This document shows, in pieces, positions 25,737 to 39,831 of a DNA stretch of 64,000 nucleotides. Position numbers and translations under genes: made by a program. Source of the DNA: Octopus sinensis (Eukaryota); contig NC_043019.1 in the NCBI RefSeq assembly GCF_006345805.1, positions 18,785,360 through 18,849,359 of the forward strand. The letters run 5' to 3'. Under the pieces are notes generated by a model, which did no database searches, was not told where the DNA came from, and worked only from the letters and a program-made list of their open reading frames with translations. Every line of letters starts with the position of its first letter. Within the stretch, counting starts at the first letter, position 1.

Positions 25737-26149
25737 CTGTTGAACACCAGAATGGAACAGTTTATTAACAAAAAGAAGAAATTACTACCAATTCTATCTT
25801 TTCATACAATCAGTACATTTGTGTGTGTGTGCACGTGTGTGTGTGGGATTGTCTTGACATTGCATGATAATTGTAAATGAGTGTCCCTGTCATACAAGCA
25901 GTGTCATTCATTTCCAACACAGACAGACAGACATTTATAAATACATCCAAATCCACATACATATATACATACAGACAGAGCAGGTATAGATGCTAATATC
26001 CACACAGATATATCTATATATGTGTACATGTATTGCAATGACAAACGTAAGCTGAGCCATTGAACCAAAGCTACAATTTGGAAAACTCTAACAACAAAAC
26101 AAAAAAATAAAAAATACCACAAAAACACATTCTGAGAACTGGTACCCAC

Positions 26150-26480
26150 CTTCATTTCATTGATCTCCAACTGTAGTTCTTTGATGCATTCCTGAGCCTC
26201 GGAATAATCCAACACCAGCTGCTCATTCTTCACTTGTAACTTGATCATCTCATCCCGCACTTTCTCTATCTGTTCCGTCCTTTCTTCAAAGACTCTTGCT
26301 GTCTCCAGACCACGCTCACTCTTCAACAGTTCAATGTCTTGGTCCTTTTCCTCCATCTGTTTGCCCATTACTTTAATTTGGTTCTTTAGTTCCTTAATTT
26401 GTTGGTCCTTGCGCTGCGTCGGTGTCAGATAGGAGTATATATCACAGGGGCTCTCATGGCCAGCATGCCCAACTTCAAAT
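26150..26480 (-). CDS. qtc: qtc-like gene, coiled-coil exon (331 bp)
   Basis: Acceptor cttggaaccag|A completes AGA (R), then FEVGHAGHESPCDIYSYLTPTQRKDQQIKELKNQ...LEINEMK. Donor AAG|gtgggt, phase 0. Confidence 0.9.
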
Positions 26481-26928
26481 CTGGTTCCAAGATAATACAA
26501 GAAAACAGGGTATATTTATATATATACATATATAAACACATGCAGACGTGTCTGTGTGTCTCTTTCACCATATAATGAGGGATTACTATTTAGTAGGAAA
26601 TAGCAGCTTGAAACTAATAATGAAAGAAGATACTGAAAACGACTTGAGAATTTTGTTTGTATTACCTACTTTAAGAACCCCTTTGCATGGTAGAGCTCCC
26701 TAAAAACAGTTACACAGCATATATATATGTAATGAAAAATTAAATTATACCATCTAGAAAATTACATATTATAGAAAGATTAAATATAAGATAAAACATA
26801 TAAAATTATTGAATTGATAAAAGGTGTTTTTTTTCTCATTTATATATATATGTATTATATTTTGTGAAATTTGATTTAGTATTTCTAAATTGAATTTTTC
26901 CCTGTAAGTTTGGAATAATATTCCCTCA

Positions 26929-26965
<37 letters not shown>

Positions 26966-27859
26966 TGTATGTGTGTGTATTTATATATATATACTAAGAA
27001 TTTCTCGTCTCTTCCCCCTTCATTGATAAACTACTAATGCTCTACAAAGAACAAAAAATAGAAGAAAGAAAGAAAGAAGAGAAGAAGAAAAGAAAAGCAC
27101 ACATTCTCTGAATTTCTTTCAGATGGAATTATTTTTAATTATTTTCATCTGTCTGGCTTCATGGAATGGTCAATGGTCAATTTCTTAAACTGGAGTTATG
27201 TTAGGGTAAAAGTTTCTAAAAGGAATGAAAATGGTGCTATACGTGATTACGAAAGATTAAAATTTCTCAAACCTTTGTAATAAGCAAAAAAGAAGAAGTT
27301 CAATTAAATATGCATATTTTTATGCGTTTTTTTTTCTTTATTCTTTAATTTCAAATTCAAATTTTCAATCCTGTCTCAAGTTCTAAAGAAAGGATTATCT
27401 CCCTTGTACTGTCTGCTCGTGCATTACTTCTCAAACTCTCTGATGGACGGACTGGCACCTTTTTTGTCTTCCCCAATGTGCCAGGGATCGGCAATATTTC
27501 TTAGTAATATTAATTTATACCGGAAACAATATATATAATGAATATAATAAAAGTTGACAATTTTGTTTTTTATCTTATATTTATTTTATAAACATATAAC
27601 AGAATATTAGATAAGCATTTTATAATGTTTCTTTCTTTTCTGGAAACTCACTGTGATAGCTTGCAGACTGGTGCCAGTCCACGGACCACCACTTTGAGTA
27701 GCACTGTGCTAGTGGACTTTGTGTGTGTATTATTTTCTATATTGGGCTCTCAGATAAATTCATTTGTTTCTTTCCAATATTATTTGAATAACCACAAAAA
27801 TATTTTTCTCATTGTTTTACTGCTTTTTCTTTCTGTATCTCTATTCTTCTTCTAACAAT

Positions 27860-28915
27860 TTCCATTTATCGTTTTTGAAATTTAAATAAATTTCACCTTT
27901 TTTCAGACATTGACAATGAAATGCCAATTAGAAAAAATTGAGCATTTTAAACTCCTGCTGGTCTTTGCTTTGATTGAAGGTTCCAAAGCCGCCAAAGCCA
28001 CTCAAGACATTTGTACGGTGTATGGAAAAGGAGCTATTCCTCAAAGAACTTCACAGAAATGGTTTCCCTACTTCAAGGAGAGGAAATTCAACCTCACAGA
28101 CTATCTGTGTTCCAGACGCTTCAATGAGGAACAATTGAACAAATTCATTCAAGAGGATCCACACTAATCCGTGAGGGAAACTGGTCCAACAAATGGGATG
28201 CTCTCATGATACTGTCACCCCTCATTCAGTGGGAAAGGTCCAAAATCTCAGTGCATGGGTGCAACACACTCTGAATGGATGAGACAAACTCCAGTGCTTT
28301 TCTAGTGGTGCCAGTTTGCTTGCTTGACTCCAGGCTACTCGTGGACACAAACAGGGATGTCTTTACTGTATCATCACTGGCAATGGAAAATGGTGTCTTT
28401 ATGTCAATACGAAGCAGAGGAAAGAATAGTTGAGTCCTGACAAACAAGCCAAGCCCCAGAGCTGCATCCATGCAAGACAATGATCTGCATTTGGTGGGAC
28501 CTGGGCAGGGCTGATCCCCAATGAAATGCTTGAAAACAACCACACAGTCAATGCAGAGCTTTATGTTCAGCATTGACTGTGTGCTTAATGAGGTGATTCA
28601 ACTGAAATGACCCGACCAGCACCTTGACATGACTCTTCAACACGACAATGCTTGCTCCCACATCACTAATCTAACCAAAAATGCTATCCAAGAGCTCAGC
28701 TGGAAAGTTCTACAGCACACACTGTATTCTCCTCATTGAACACTCTGCAAAGTGTTCAACCATGATGCAGAGCTGAAAACATGGCTCAATTCTTTGAATC
28801 AACACCCAGTGATTTCAAGGCACTGACAAATTAGTGGAATGTTAGCAAGAATTTGGGAACAATGAAGGAGAATGTATGGCTGACTGATTTGTTAAAACTG
28901 TTGATGAAAAATAAG
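27860..28915 (+). mobile_element. Decayed mariner element
   Basis: N-terminal HTH (ORF 27910-28167), then GNGKWCLYVN, LQHDNA and LYSP remnants in shifted frames. Confidence 0.8.
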
Positions 28916-29797
28916 GATTGAAATAAATGACATCATCATTGTTATCATCATTTAACGTCTGCTTTCCATGCTGGCATGGGTTGGACAGATTGATTGAAGA
29001 TTGGTAAGCCAAGGAGCTGCACCAGGTTCCAACCTGATCTGGCAAGGTTTCTAAGGCTGGCAGCCCTTCCTAATGCCAACCACTCCAAATGTTTAATATT
29101 ACTCATAGATGTAAGGTGGTGAACTGACAGACTTGTTAGCATGCTGGACAAAAAGGTTCTGCCAAGCATTTTGTCTGTCTTTACATTCTGGGTTCAAATT
29201 CTGCTGAGGTTGGCCCAGCCTTTCCTCCTTTTGGGGGTCAATAGTAGATAGGTATATTATGTATGTGTGTGTGTGTGTGTGTGTGTGTCTGTGTGTCTGT
29301 GTGTGAGCATTTAAATGTAAATTATATTCATATATTATATTAAATATATTATGCCATAGCGGTGGGGGGGTGGGAATGTGTAGCAGTTGTAATAATGTTA
29401 ACAGAGTTTGTTTTAATAGTACACACACACATATCTTTTCTTTTTCTCTTTTTACTTGCTTCAGTCATTTGACTGTGGCCATGCTGGAGCACCACCTTTA
29501 GTCAAGCAAATCGACCCCTACTTGACTTGGTGAAATTAATGATTATTTCTAAATTAATTAATTTCACCCTTTATTATTGATAATTATATTTCATCCCAGT
29601 AAAAAAACTGTAGCATCTGGCAGCACGCTGGCGGAAGGGGGATGGTGACATACTTTCATTCACCCTTTGAATTTGGTGGTACTGGTAATGGCTTACGCTC
29701 GCTTTGATACCATGAGTTGAGGTGATGTCTTCTAGTGCCTTCAAATTTAATACACAATTATTAATAATTGAGATGCAATTATTTCTAATTGAAGAGT

Positions 29798-29888
29798 CCT
29801 ACGCTGAAGAGGAAAATAGTTGGGTAAGACATAATTATTTAATTTTTATGCTTTCCTATGACTTAATTTCGAAACGTACGTCCGTAGG
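29798..29888 (+). ncRNA. Type I hammerhead ribozyme, intact core, ~60-nt stem II
   Basis: CCTACG CTGAAGA G..[60 nt]..C GAAA CGTACG TC CGTAGG. 6-bp stem I, palindromic stem III ACGTACGT; predicted cleavage after C29882. Confidence 0.8.
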
Positions 29889-30686
29889 TGACTTAATATA
29901 GAATGATTGTCGTCGTTTCTTTCTCTTTTGCCTGCGTTGTTTGCCTTTTAAGTGCTGTGGTTTTACTGGGATCTCCCTTTTAAGTAGAAAGAATAGTCAA
30001 AACTTTTTGACTGCTATTTCTAAATTTGGTGTGGTGAGGCAGGCAAATCGTTGCTAAACCCTTAATTACTTAGTATTACTTAAACCTTCCTTGAATGGGG
30101 CTTTTACATGTCGAACTCTACTTGGTGAAATTAATGATTATTTCTAAATTAATTTCACCCTTTATTATTGATAATTATATATATATATATATATATATGA
30201 AGTTGTACATTGGTGTAAATGGTAGCACACTTGATCATGGAAACAAAGAGTCCTACGTGTATGGGAAAACCTACTTTTTTCCGTTGCGGGTTTATAGGCC
30301 CCATTGTTAGACTATTTTCTTTAGTTATTGCACAGGGATTGCTTATAAGCCTTACGCTTATAAAATACTATTATTATTATTTACAGATATATATGTATGT
30401 ATTTATATATATAATCTATGCTCCATCCAACCCATGTCAGCATCGAAAATAGACATTAAAGGATGATGATGAAGATATATATATCATCATCATCATCATT
30501 GTCGTTTAACGTCCGCTTTCCATGCTAGCATGGGTTGGACGGTCTGACTGAGGGCCAGCGAGACAAAAGGCTGCACCAGGCTCCAGTCTGGTCTGGCAAA
30601 GTTTCTACAGCTGGATGCCCTTCCTAACGCCAACCACTCCAAGAGTGTAGTGGGTGCTTTTTACATGCCACCAGCAGCACTGGCAT

Positions 30687-31033
30687 ATATATTTGTACAA
30701 CTTATAAACAAGGGCAAAAGAAAAAAATTCTAATGCCAAATATGCCGAAAATTGACTTAAATCGTTGATAACCATATAATTCATCCCTATAAGCATGCGT
30801 CTCGAAGTAAACCAACAGAAATTTCAAAAAATTCCGTTATTATCGTATCAGCTCAACTCTGAAATCAGAGCCAATACGATAATAATGGAATTTTTTGAAA
30901 TTTCTGTTGGCTTACTTCGAGACGCATGCTTATAGGGATGAATTATATGGTTATCAACGATTTAAGTCAATTTTGGCATATTTGGCATTAGAATTTTTTT
31001 ATTTTGCCCATGTTTACAAGTTGTATAAATATA
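30687..31033. repeat. ~345-bp near-perfect palindrome, related to the 21.5-kb fold-back
   Basis: Centre CTCTGA-aa-TCAGAG at 30857-30870; arms share TTCTAATGCCAAATATGCCGAAA with the 21.5-kb element. Confidence 0.9.
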
Positions 31034-31040
31034 CATATAT

Positions 31041-31099
<59 letters not shown>

Positions 31100-31620
31100 C
31101 TGCAGCCATGTAACCAACATAGGTGCTTTTCTTGGAGTTTTCCTTTCTCCTCCTTCTGACAAAGGGCCATGCTCAAATCATGACACATCCACTCTTTTTT
31201 CAGACTTAAACTGAGTCAAGCGAATACATTCCATGTGTATGTCCTTTTGACTTTTTGCCATTCTTAAATTATTTGATTTGCATTATATATATATATGTGT
31301 GTGTAAAGTGGTGGGCATTAGGAAGGGCCTCCAACCAGAGAAACCATGCCGAAATAAACAACTGGAGCCTGGTGCAGCCTTCCAGCTTGTTAGCTCTTGT
31401 CAAACTATTCAACCGATGCAACCATAGAAAATGGACATGATGATGATTATGATGATGATGATGATGATAATATGTATGTGTGTGTCTATCATACTTGTAG
31501 GCACACAAACACACACACACACACATGTCCACACAAATGTAAAAAGACAGATATATCTTTTCTTAAAAATGGTATCTTTCTTTTTTTTTTCTTTCTTTTT
31601 TTTGGGGGGGGTTTCCTTAC

Positions 31621-32389
31621 CTTTTCCTGCTGGAGATATTATATTTTGGCATCGGTGAAACTACACTGGCAATTGACAGACAGTCAGTAGAACTCATGCA
31701 GGAATCCATAGATTGATTTCTCTGCAAAGATTTCGGTGTTTTGCTCGGTGCCTTTACTGTGCATTGTGTTGACAAACTTTTCTTCACTGAAGGGTTTCTA
31801 TGGCATGTCTTTGATGAAGTTTTTTCATTCTTCTGAAGTGCAGCTAATTCATGCTCCGTCTTGCAGCATCTCGCAGACTGGGGAACAGAATCTAAGCTAT
31901 CAGTCATGCTCGATGTCGACAGATTCGTATCTCGTGTCTGGGCAGACGTGTGGCTTTTCTCTGACTGCGTTGATACGGATGTGAGGTTTTCTTCCAGACA
32001 CGAAGGTTCTTCCTCCACTGGTGGCAATGGTGGAGGAGACACAGATGGTAATGGTGGTGATGGAGGTGGCTGTGGTGGTGGTGATGATGATGATGGTGAT
32101 GGGGATGGTTCTTTTGATGGCAGACGTGATGGTGATGTCAGTGACTCACATGGGACCACGTCCTCTTTTTGGCAGCATTTCCCAGCTCCTCCCTTATCAG
32201 ATGCTGATTGCAATGGGGTCTGGTTAGGACACTCTATAAGGTTTTTCATTCTGGTAGAATTGTTGATGGTTTCTGCCTTTGCATGTGATTTACGCCTGGC
32301 ATTTAACACTGTCTCTTCTGCTAATTTCATGATATCAACATCTCCTTCACGTGGAATCACATCTTCCATGATATAACGCACTCGACTTT
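31621..32389 (-). CDS. qtc: qtc-like gene, first identified coding exon (Pro/Ser-rich N-terminal region; first in-exon ATG at 32369)
   Basis: Acceptor ttttcattccacag ends at 32390. Open frame (x)KSRVRYIMEDVIPREG...ISSRK ends AG|gtaag at 31621 (phase 2), matching the phase of the next exon. An upstream exon is likely but was not located. Confidence 0.8.
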
Positions 32390-33734
32390 CTGTGGAATGA
32401 AAAATAAAAAATGCATCAAACACTTTACTTTACTTTGTTATTTTATACAATGACACAAAAAACACAAAAACAAGAGCACAATTGATTGATGTGGCTCCAT
32501 GCTTGGTTCACACCCAATACCTGGTGCTGGCTTCATCAAATTACAAAGGATAACTAATGCCAACTAACCTCAGCAGACAAAGTGCTTCACTCCAGACCCA
32601 AATATCAATATTTATGCCCTGGAACTTTGCCACCATCTCTCTCACTGTCTCTCTCTCCCTCTGATTGGGGCAACCACATGTCTCCTCTACAGCAAGACCC
32701 CTTCTTCTGTCCCTTTGTCATATTCTAACCTCTCATCGTCTGCCACAAAGCCACTCCCCACTTCTCAAAGGGTCTTTGTCTGGCAAGTTACTTGGTGACC
32801 TCACCAGCATGGGTGTCATGTGAAAAGCTTCCAGTTCCTTCTGTAAAATGGCTGGCATTTGGAAGAGCATCCAGGAGTAAAAACTCTGCCAAAAGTGACA
32901 GTAGACCTTAGTGCAGCCCTCTGACTTCCCAGCTCCTGCCAAACCATCCAACCCATGCCAGCATGGAAAACAGATGTTAAATGATGATGATGATGATGAT
33001 GATATATATGACAGGCTTCTTTCAGTTTTTGTCTGCCAAATCCACTCACAATGCTTGGAGCTAGAGTAGAAGACACTCATCCAGGGTGTCATGCATGGGA
33101 ACTAAACCTGGGACCACATTTGTTGGCATATATATTTTTGTATTCTTGTTATTACAAATATAAATACAGATGCCCTCACCTGGGTCCCTGGACTCCCATC
33201 TCCATTTGGAGCAGGAATTGATTTTGTTTCCTTTCCACACTTCAGTCCCTAATGGCCTAAATTCTCAACCCCTTTACATTTAATCCATACCCCACACACC
33301 ACCCATCTCTTACATACCCACCCTCCCCCTCAACTTCAACCCTGTCTTACCCCTAACAACTACACAATACCCTTAAACAAATACCCAGCACCACACACAT
33401 TAACATGCTTAAACAGTATACACATACACCTACACACACAAACACTCATGTCCTTCTTCACACACATACATACACACATGCACATTTTGTAGGTGTTACT
33501 TATTGTTTGGCTAGTTTTCAGTGAGCAATTGTATAAGTGATAAATCATTTGACAAACCACCTGGCTATGCATGACATCACACGTGACCACACAAACTGTT
33601 CTTTACTTCAGATGCAAGTTTCTTTCAACACCACTGAAATCACTTCTCTTCATATAAGGTTTAGAACATTAGAGCTTGTACCATTATTAGTGTTGCTTTC
33701 ATGAAGAGTAGGTCAGGAGATCTTGAAGAAAATG

Positions 33735-36429
33735 CTGGAGTGAAGATGAGTGAATGTGTGCTGTGTGCAAGAGACAAGATGGAGTGGATCCTCAATGAAA
33801 CTCTTCACAGTCAAGGAGCAGAGCTGTAAATTCTTTGTGATTGATAGCGGCCAGGTAACCAGAATCAAGGTATTGTTAGCAGAGAAATAGACAAGGCAAC
33901 TGACACAGTGCATGTGATAGAATACAGTTAAGTTTATCATAATCAAAATAATAACTCTCCACACGGGCCCACAATCAGGGATGAGTGATGAACAGGTCTT
34001 GTTGATGACCTTGAAATAAATGACAACAATCTCATCATAGGTAACAATTTTAATAGACATGTTCAATAATATCATGATGACTTCTCTGGTACACATGGAT
34101 AATATAGGTATTGTACAAAGGATGGATCCGGTCCCTTGGAACTCTATACTACAAGATGACTTAACCATTTGCAATACAAAATCCAGAGAATCAACCAGCT
34201 GACCACGTAATTATTTACCAGTCTGGTGGATTCTGTCACCAGATGGATTTTATTCTCACTGAAAACAGGATAGAAGTAGGTCGTTGTAAATGTCAAGTCT
34301 TTTCCTGATGAAGAATATTAATGTAAGGGGTAGATGGACCCAGAATCAAAAAGTAACCTGGAGACAAAGCACATGGAAGTTAAATGAGTCAAAGTTGCAA
34401 ATTCAGAGAAGTTCTAGTTGAAACTTACAACAGGAAGGTTGAGGAAATTGAAACTTATAAAACATGAAACAATCTTCTAAGGGATACTGACAAAACCTGT
34501 GGCTGAGGTAAGGTCCCACTCAGGCCAAAGAGTACCAGTGGAATAGTGAGGTAGAGTGAATTAAAAAGTGAAGGGACAGGCTTGAAAAAAATTGGAAGAA
34601 AGGAAGCTACAGTGAGAAATGCCAAGCAATGGGGGGGGGGAGAGAATGTTAGTGTAGGGGGAGAAGCAGAAAGTAAGAAGTTTGTGTGTTTTGTGCTGTG
34701 AAGATCTGAGATGTGAGGGATTCTAGATTGTAAGAGAGAGAGAGAGAGAGAGAGCTGGAGAAAACTGAGATATGATTGGGGAGAAATATACATGGAATGA
34801 TGGTGGTGCAGTGTGGTACAGTGAAAAGAAAGAAGCATGGAAGTGTTATTAGGAGAGGTTGTTAAATGTAGAGAAGGGACAGAGCCCACTCCAAGTGGAC
34901 CCCTTAAAGAGACTAACTATATACAAGTTAACGGCAATACGGGGCATAAAATGGTTAAGGATACAAAGGTAGGGAAAGTTGCTGGTCTATCAAGGAGCAT
35001 CACTGATATGAGCCAAATATCTGGTGGGGGTAGAGCACTTGTTAGCCTCTTGTATTAGGGAATTATGTGTTCCAAAAGATGTCACACTTGATGACTGGAA
35101 CAGATGTCTCATCCTTGATGGCTACAAAGGAGATGCACTGGATAGAAGAAATTGCAGATGAAATAAGTTGATGGAGCAAGTTATAAAAATTACAGAAAAA
35201 AATCGTAATGAACCGGATGAGGTGGGATGCAGTTTAGCTTTGTGCTGAAAAGAGGAGGAACTGTTGATGATCTCTTGTTGGTGTGATAACTACAAGAGAA
35301 GTAATTTGCTTAAAGTAAGCCATGGTACATAGCATTTGCTAAGCTAGAGGAAGTGTTTCAGAGAATCCTATGTTCTATGATCTATTTAGGGGTCACTTAA
35401 TGAAGCTAAGGGGAGAATAATTTGTGATGGTCATGCAAACCATGTACAGAGAGGGACTTAACGAAGTGAGAGTAATTAATAAGTATAGTGAGGAATTTAG
35501 CAAGAAGGTAGGGGTCCACAGGGGCCTACTTCACAGCCTTGCTCTATTTATCATTGTCTTCCAGGCTATACCATTTATCACTGGTTATCTATGGGGGTTC
35601 CTATACACTGATGAACTCATTTTAATAGCTGAATCTGTAGCAGATCTCAGGAGGAAATTCATGGAAGCAAAGCTTAAAAGGAAGTGGCCTCAAAGCAAAC
35701 TTAGCAAAAACTCAGGTATTTTCAGGTAAGAAACAGCAGCAGGACTTCAGGATCATCACGGAAATGGCTGTATTCAGTATACACAAAGGGATTAGGTAAA
35801 TATTCTATTCTGTGCACACAGTGTAAAGTTTTGGTGAAACAAGAAACAGGCCAATATGGAAGGTAGAGTTTATATGTTGTTGATACTCAAGAGTAGTCAG
35901 CAAAAGGAGTATAGAAGAAATCAATTTTCTCAAATGTTTTGATGATTCCCAAAAAGTAGTTGATAAGTCCTGTTACCTAAGTAACCTAATTAGCAGTGGA
36001 GTGGGGCGCGGGGTGCTCTGAAGGTATAACAACCAGAATAAGAACAATCTAGAAGTTCAAAGAGCTATTGTCTTTGCTGGTAACAAGGGATTCCTCACTT
36101 GGAGTGGAAGGGAGACTGTACGAAGCAGGTGTATGAAGTGTGATGTTGCACAATAGTTAGATGTGGGCTGTGAATGCAGAAGATTTTCAAAGACTAGAAA
36201 GAAGTGATGCCAGCATTCTTCATTGGATGTGTAATGTTAGTGTGCTTGGATGACAAGAGTAGAACACGAGCTGTGTGTAAGAGACATTAGGTGTCAATCG
36301 CAAGAAAGAAGGCTGCTGCAGTATGGGCAGGTGATGTGTATAGAGACAGACAGGTGTACAAAGATGTGTTTGCCATTCAAAGCGGAAGAATGTGAGGAAG
36401 AAGGAGAGCTTGGGAAGACATGAGATGAA

Positions 36430-36430
<1 letters not shown>
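33735..36430 (+). mobile_element. Old decayed RTE LINE (AP endonuclease and RT remnants)
   Basis: CVQETRW-like motif, LTICNT, TYQSGG..QMDFIL, VKSFPDEE, then KVGVHRG...FLYTDELILIAES. Many stops. Confidence 0.75.
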
Positions 36431-36490
<60 letters not shown>

Positions 36491-38783
36491 AATGGAAATT
36501 GTAGTTGTGATACCCGTGCTGGTGGCATGTAAAACGCACCATCCAATCATGGTCAATGCCAGCCCTTTCTGGCCTCTGTGCCAGTGGCACATAAAAAACA
36601 CCCACTACACTCACGGAGTGGTTGGTGTTAGGAAGGGCATCCAGCTGTAGAAACACTGCCAGATCAGACTGGAGCCTGGTGCAGCCTCCTGGCTTCCCAG
36701 ACCCCAGTAAAACCATCCAACCCATGCCAGCATGAAAAACAGACGTTAAACGATGATGATGATGATGATATACATATACCAGCTGAATTACCCGGCAATT
36801 CTTGGAAAAGCAGGGGTTATTTCCAGTTCCCTTTCCCCTTACACTGTTTCATGTCCTATCCTGTTCCCTTTAGTTCTGCTCCCATTCCTATCCCCAATCC
36901 TATGTCTATGTATAAATTTTAGAATCAGTTAGGTGTAATTAAGACATTAAATATCTTATTAACGCTCATGGTAACAGTTTACTGCTAAACAATAGGTATT
37001 AGAAACTATTAATTGAATTAGTGGCTGAATAAGGAGTGTCCCTATATTATTTTAATGAACAAATATGCATCTGAGTAAAATGAATTAGATAAATACATAG
37101 ATTTACAAATACATCAACAAATAGTCTACATGTTGTAGCTGGCGTTGTTGCATGTCATAACTTATCATATCTGATTTGTAAACATATGCTACAGATCCCC
37201 TCCGTAGAGGGGCCCATTATAGAATTTTTATTGAAATCCAATTCGCCTATAATTCAACTGGATGTTAAGAATAAATAAATAATAAAATCAAATTTAATGT
37301 GGAAAATTATTACAATATACCAAATTTGAAAATTTTGACGTAATTTTAAAATCTCACAATATGTGATAGCAACAGGGAGGAGCCTACAAAAGTAGAGAGA
37401 CAGACAGTTATAGGACGACCCACACACAGACACACATACAAATTTACAAATGTACACACAGGTAATCATAAGTTTCAAATCGTGTATAGTAGACATATGT
37501 ATGTATGTGCGTGTGTGTGTGTGTGTGTGTAACTGTCTGAATTGTGTAAGTGTTTCTTTGCGATGGACAGCAGAAAAGCCATCTACCCCCTCTCTCCTTA
37601 AAGCTACATATTCCTCACACCCACTTTTGTGTGTGTGTTGTATCTATGTATTCATGAAAGTATGTATGCAGCATTGTGTGTATATGACAGCTTTATTAAT
37701 GTTCCCATCCCATTCCCATCGCTGTTCTCACCTTCATGGATATAAGTCATCTTCTCTTTGTTACTACCTCAGACTTCTATTTTTTGCAACCTTCTCATTT
37801 TATCATATAATTTGCCCAACACCCCTGGAGAGCACATTATAGATTTTTATTGAAATCCAATGAGCCTATTATTGAACTGGATGTTAGTGTCACAAGTATG
37901 CACAGTTTTGTGAATATTGGATTGGTGGTTTAGGCACTAAGTTGTTAACAGACAGACAGACAGAAATTGCCTTTTATATGTAGAGAGGATGCTGTGTGGA
38001 AAGAAGTTTGCTTTTCAACCCCATGGTTACAAGTTCAGTCTCGCTTGGACAAATGTCTTCTACTATAGCCTCAAGCTGACCAAAGCCTTGTTAGTGGATT
38101 TGGTAGACAGAAACTGAAAGAGCCCATCGTATATATTTATGTATATATATCATCATCATCATTTAGCATCCGCTTTACATACTGGCATGGGTTAAACACT
38201 TTGACTGAACTGGTAAGCCAGAGAGCAGCACCAAGTTCCAGTCTTGGTTTCTATGACTGGATGCCCTTCCTAACGCTAACTACTCAACAGAGTGAGCTGG
38301 GTGCTTTTTATGTGCCACTGGCAATGGATGCTTTAATGTGCCACTTATGTGACACCAGTATCAACCACAACTACGATTTCACTTAGCTTGACAAGTCTTC
38401 CCTTTTTTAAGGGCTACCTAATTGGGGATCTACTAATCCCCCTATTTTTACTACATTTTAAACTAAATACATGGCATTGGCGATGAAATTGGAGCAGTGG
38501 CAATGAACTCCGAGGGAGGATCGTAAGGAGGTTCAATTTCTGAGGCACCGCTTAAATGGGGCCCCACTGACCCCGCTCTATTTTTACTGCATTTACCTTG
38601 CTCCAATGCTCATTGATTAGACTAGGATCAACATCAGTGCTTAGCACATTTGCAGAAATAAGTTTGGGCATTTCTAAATAACTCCACATACATTCAAATC
38701 GAGATAAAGACTTATAACAGAGACGCTTCAAGTGTCGGAGGAGTGTGGATATTAATATTTTGTAGTTTATGAAACTTATGTCT

Positions 38784-38819
<36 letters not shown>

Positions 38820-39831
38820 GTCACTATGAGGATATATAAGCCTCTTGTGGGGATGGTTCCATCCAGGTTACATTGGTTTATGTCTTTTCCATGTTATATG
38901 GAAATAACTTTAATCAAAAAATAAAAAATAGAGCTAAAAATTCCAGTCTTTGATTTAACAGATATATGCACACACACACATACACACACACGCACACACA
39001 CACACATTTATATATTTACATTTGTATGTGCCACTGGCACATAAAAAGCACCGTTCGAGCATGGTTGTTGCCAGTGCCGCTTGACTGGCCCTTGTGCTGG
39101 TGACACGTAAAAAGCACCCACTACACACTCTTGGAGTGGTTGGTGTTAGGAAGGGCATCCAGCTGTAGAAACATTGCCAGATTGGATTAGAGCCTGGTAT
39201 AGCCTTCAGTTAAAATGTCCAACCCATGCTAACATGGAAAGCAGGCATTAAACGACAACGATGATGATGATGATGATGATATGTGTGTGCCCTTATAATG
39301 GACACACACACACACATATTTTCAGTCACTATGAGGATATATAAACCTCTTATGAGGATGGCTTCATCCAAGCTATACTGGTTTAATATATTGTTGAGAA
39401 ATATTTCTTCAATATAAAAATAGGTAAATTGTAAATACCAAATTTTATCAAGTAAGAAAAGGGAGCGATTCAATGGATATAAATTAATCTATTAACATTT
39501 TATGTTAATAAATTAATCTATATCCATTGAATCTCTCCATTTTCTTATATATATTAGAAATACTGAATTTATAAATGTCTCAGAGACACATGAGCGGTCG
39601 TATGCTGTCAACTCAATGTGACAGTCCCGTAAGGGAATTACATCACCGCCATTTAGCCCTAGGAAGCATCGACGTTTCCTGTCGGCTTTGACACATTTTC
39701 TGTGTCCTTAAATAATCAGTAAATAAATTTTACTGAAAATAGGATATATTTGCAAAGAGGTTGCAGTCATCTCAGTGAGCGAGACTGACTACCCTGGACT
39801 GACGGCGAGCAATAGACTCAGAAACATATGT

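Noticed and set aside
34300-34330. CTGATGA motif
   Set aside because: Encodes FPDEE of the RTE endonuclease; no stem II or GAAA.
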